A DNA stretch of 55,532 bases, from positions 1 through 55,532 of IMG/VR virus record IMGVR_UViG_3300015241_000005. One strand, 5' to 3'. A program made the translations under genes and the position numbers. Positions 53,567 through 55,532 of this stretch are shown here, piece after piece. Source of the stretch: a virus (lineage: Duplodnaviria > Caudoviricetes). The notes under the pieces were generated by a model, which saw only the letters and a list, made by a program, of their open reading frames with translations, searched no databases and was not told the DNA's origin. Positions within the stretch are counted from its first letter, which is position 1. Each line of letters begins with the position of its first letter.

Positions 53567-54463
53567 AGCTTTGTTTTGATTGTTATTTAATGGGTTAAAG
53601 TTATTTTTTTGTTTTGACAATTCCAAAATTTTATTTATGGCGTCATTTTTAGAACCGATAGCGTCAACCATGGTACCTATAACTTCGCTTGCCGGATACA
53701 TCTTTCCAGTCATTTGAGAGTCCATTATCAGGGGGCGACTGGCCCTTGTAGATGCTTTAAACTCCGCATGTAAACTGTTAGCGCGTTTCTGTAATCCGGA
53801 AGTATCCGCATTATTGATCGCATCTTCTTCGGCTTTGTTTTTGTCCGGAGCTGTAGAAGCATATATTAAATACTCCACTTCACCGTTGCCGTTTTTCTTA
53901 CCATTTGGAACTCCGGCAGCCCCGGAAATTACACCAATGCTGCCCATTTGTGAATTAGCATCCTCTGCAAATATATAGTTAGTAGATGCTGCTATCCCAT
54001 AAGCTGCGGATGCGGCCATTCCGGAACGCTCTATAATTGCGACTGTTGGTTTCTTCAAACTTCCGATCGTTTGTTGCATATATTGCATCCCGCTAACTGA
54101 ACCGCCTGGTGAATCGACAATAAAAAAATGCCCTAAAACACTTTCATCATTATCGGCTGACATTAAATTATCAGATAATTCCTTCATCCCAAAAGAACTT
54201 TCACCACCGTTTTTAGTGATAGGGCCGTCTATATTGGTAATAGATATGGTTTTTTCTTTTTTAGAAGATGCGTTCGGCGATGAAGTTTTAGCTAATGTTA
54301 TGCCTGAATCGAATACTTTAGCAAGCATAAACTTATTAGCTTTATCTTCTGATATGTGCGATGCGGAACGGATATTACGAAGTAAATTTTTAAAGGTTGA
54401 GATAGATCCAAAATCTATACACCATGCCTCATTGTAAATTTCTTTCGCTAATCCGTAGTTCAT
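53147..54463 (-). CDS. Prohead protease S49 family (gpC-like) with C-terminal scaffold
   Basis: DSPGG, AASAAY and GSIGV motifs. Confidence 0.92.
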   Translation of the reverse strand: MNYGLAKEIYNEAWCIDFGSISTFKNLLRNIRSASHISEDKANKFMLAKVFDSGITLAKTSSPNASSKKEKTISITNIDGPITKNGGESSFGMKELSDNLMSADNDESVLGHFFIVDSPGGSVSGMQYMQQTIGSLKKPTVAIIERSGMAASAAYGIAASTNYIFAEDANSQMGSIGVISGAAGVPNGKKNGNGEVEYLIYASTAPDKNKAEEDAINNADTSGLQKRANSLHAEFKASTRASRPLIMDSQMTGKMYPASEVIGTMVDAIGSKNDAINKILELSKQKNNFNPLNNNQNKAMTAAELLAQHPTVHAEILAAGRTAGVTAGIEAEQDRVNTWMAYHEIDSEAVTKGIASGKTVSSAEQAQFLVKAAKGSSLEAIKRDSTGAIIPAEAVTEIAVEKTAKQIADEKEFSLTFPALVKKGITLEKYNASKINAN

Positions 54464-54468
54464 GGTCT

Positions 54469-54476
54469 CAAATATA
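54469..54476 (-). promoter_or_regulatory. -7 promoter element for the head operon
   Basis: TATATTTG 5 nt upstream of the protease ATG. Confidence 0.6.
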
Positions 54477-54501
54477 ATAATTTATATTACAAAATTTATT
54501 T

Positions 54502-55532
54502 TTAATCTTTCACATCTTTATTCACTGGTGTAACCGGTGGTAGCGGTACGATATCAGGCAGCCCGGCTGCTTTTATCTGCGCCATCTCGTCTTTTATCTT
54601 TTCCAGATTAGCATCAAACTCGCCATTGCCTAATTGTTCAACAGCATCTTCGTGCGTAATAAGTGGGGTTTGGTCATTGATACCGAGCATAATCCTGATA
54701 GCATCCGCCTCTTTTTTAGGATCAATATGCGGCATATTCACACCGGTAAACTTAGCGCGGGTATAAGCCTCAACAATATCCATATTGTCGGACGCTTTCG
54801 CTTCCAGATATTTTTTAGCGCTAACTTTATTTTTCAGTACGTGCAAATAAAACCAAAGATTATAAACTTTTTGGTAAAAATCCCGGGATTCTGTCTTTCT
54901 GCCGATATCAACAATGTAACCCCACATATTTATAGCAGCCCGGCTGGCTGAGTAATTCGAATTGTATTTTTGGGTAACGATTTCGGGTGGGGCGTCCATA
55001 GATGCGCAAAGTTGCTCTAATACCGGCCTGAAAAAAGGTTCGTAATTTACCTGGCCTTGATTACTAACTGCTTTTAGTTCACTATCAACCGGCATATTGT
55101 ATGCCATTTTATTTTCAGTGGCTTGTATATTTTTGCTTACTAATTCTGCCTGATCAAAAGGTAGCATCGGGTCGTTCATACCTACCCGTCGTTTGAGGGG
55201 GGCCACCAACGGATTTTCGCCGTCACTGGTTTTACCATGGACAATCTGCAGGTATATCTTTGCAATCTCTTCTGCATTGGATACGGCGGCCTCGGTGAAA
55301 CGATCTACTTTCGCAATTTTTTCAATGATAGCCGTAAGTGCAGATACCCCTCTATGGTGATCAATGCGGTGTTTAGCATTATACCCCATCCAAGCCATCA
55401 AACAACCAGACTCCCGGCCTACAGCTTCAATCCGCTCCCACGATCCTACAAGAGGTACATTATCAAGTTGCTTCTGGACATAGAAAGCGATGTGTCGCCC
55501 TTGCATGTCCATTTCGATTCCGTGAATGATAA
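54502..55532 (-). CDS. Lambda-like portal protein, C-terminal part
   Basis: RGVS, NYSASRA and HIDPKKE motifs typical of gpB-family portals. Lies between the gpW-like gene and the S49 protease. Confidence 0.92.
   Translation of the reverse strand, partial: IIHGIEMDMQGRHIAFYVQKQLDNVPLVGSWERIEAVGRESGCLMAWMGYNAKHRIDHHRGVSALTAIIEKIAKVDRFTEAAVSNAEEIAKIYLQIVHGKTSDGENPLVAPLKRRVGMNDPMLPFDQAELVSKNIQATENKMAYNMPVDSELKAVSNQGQVNYEPFFRPVLEQLCASMDAPPEIVTQKYNSNYSASRAAINMWGYIVDIGRKTESRDFYQKVYNLWFYLHVLKNKVSAKKYLEAKASDNMDIVEAYTRAKFTGVNMPHIDPKKEADAIRIMLGINDQTPLITHEDAVEQLGNGEFDANLEKIKDEMAQIKAAGLPDIVPLPPVTPVNKDVKD
55456..55532. repeat. Terminal direct repeat (assembly overlap), copy 2
   Basis: Identical to 1-77. 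Confidence 0.97.

Noticed and set aside
54502-55512. Truncated portal or pseudogene
   Set aside because: The gene continues in frame across the junction to ATG 786.
1-55532. Integrase, tRNA genes or stop-codon reassignment
   Set aside because: I recognised no recombinase motifs or cloverleafs, and the long genes are intact under the standard code. A tool-based scan would be needed to exclude them fully.

Overview
This window is an apparently complete, circularly assembled dsDNA phage genome of 55,455 bp. Bases 1-77 repeat exactly at 55456-55532, and the portal gene reads through that junction. The host is probably Bacteroidota: TAnnTTTG promoters, A-rich leaders without a Shine-Dalgarno, and signal peptides ending before Gln. 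It is a myovirus with a lambda-like head and packaging module (Nu1-like TerS, gpA-like TerL, gpW, portal, S49 protease with nested scaffold, decoration protein, gpE-like capsid). The contractile tail is Mu-like but its gene order is rearranged. The lysis module uses a GH19 endolysin. The replication module is SPO2/APSE-like and split across strands: primase-VapE helicase, VRR-NUC, SNF2, PolA with a mini-intein, DUF2800 nuclease, DUF2815 SSB, plus two DNA methyltransferases. I recognised no integrase, tRNA or CRISPR array. The most interesting part is 4.9-15 kb. It holds a putative cos/origin region with operator-like repeats, then an operon of about 17 small unknown early genes. That operon contains a canonical type I hammerhead ribozyme, a possible degenerate twister ribozyme and a repeated 17-nt translation leader. 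A pair of 77-nt hairpin repeats with compensatory substitutions flanks two HTH paralogs. All family assignments come from motif recognition by eye, not from database searches.
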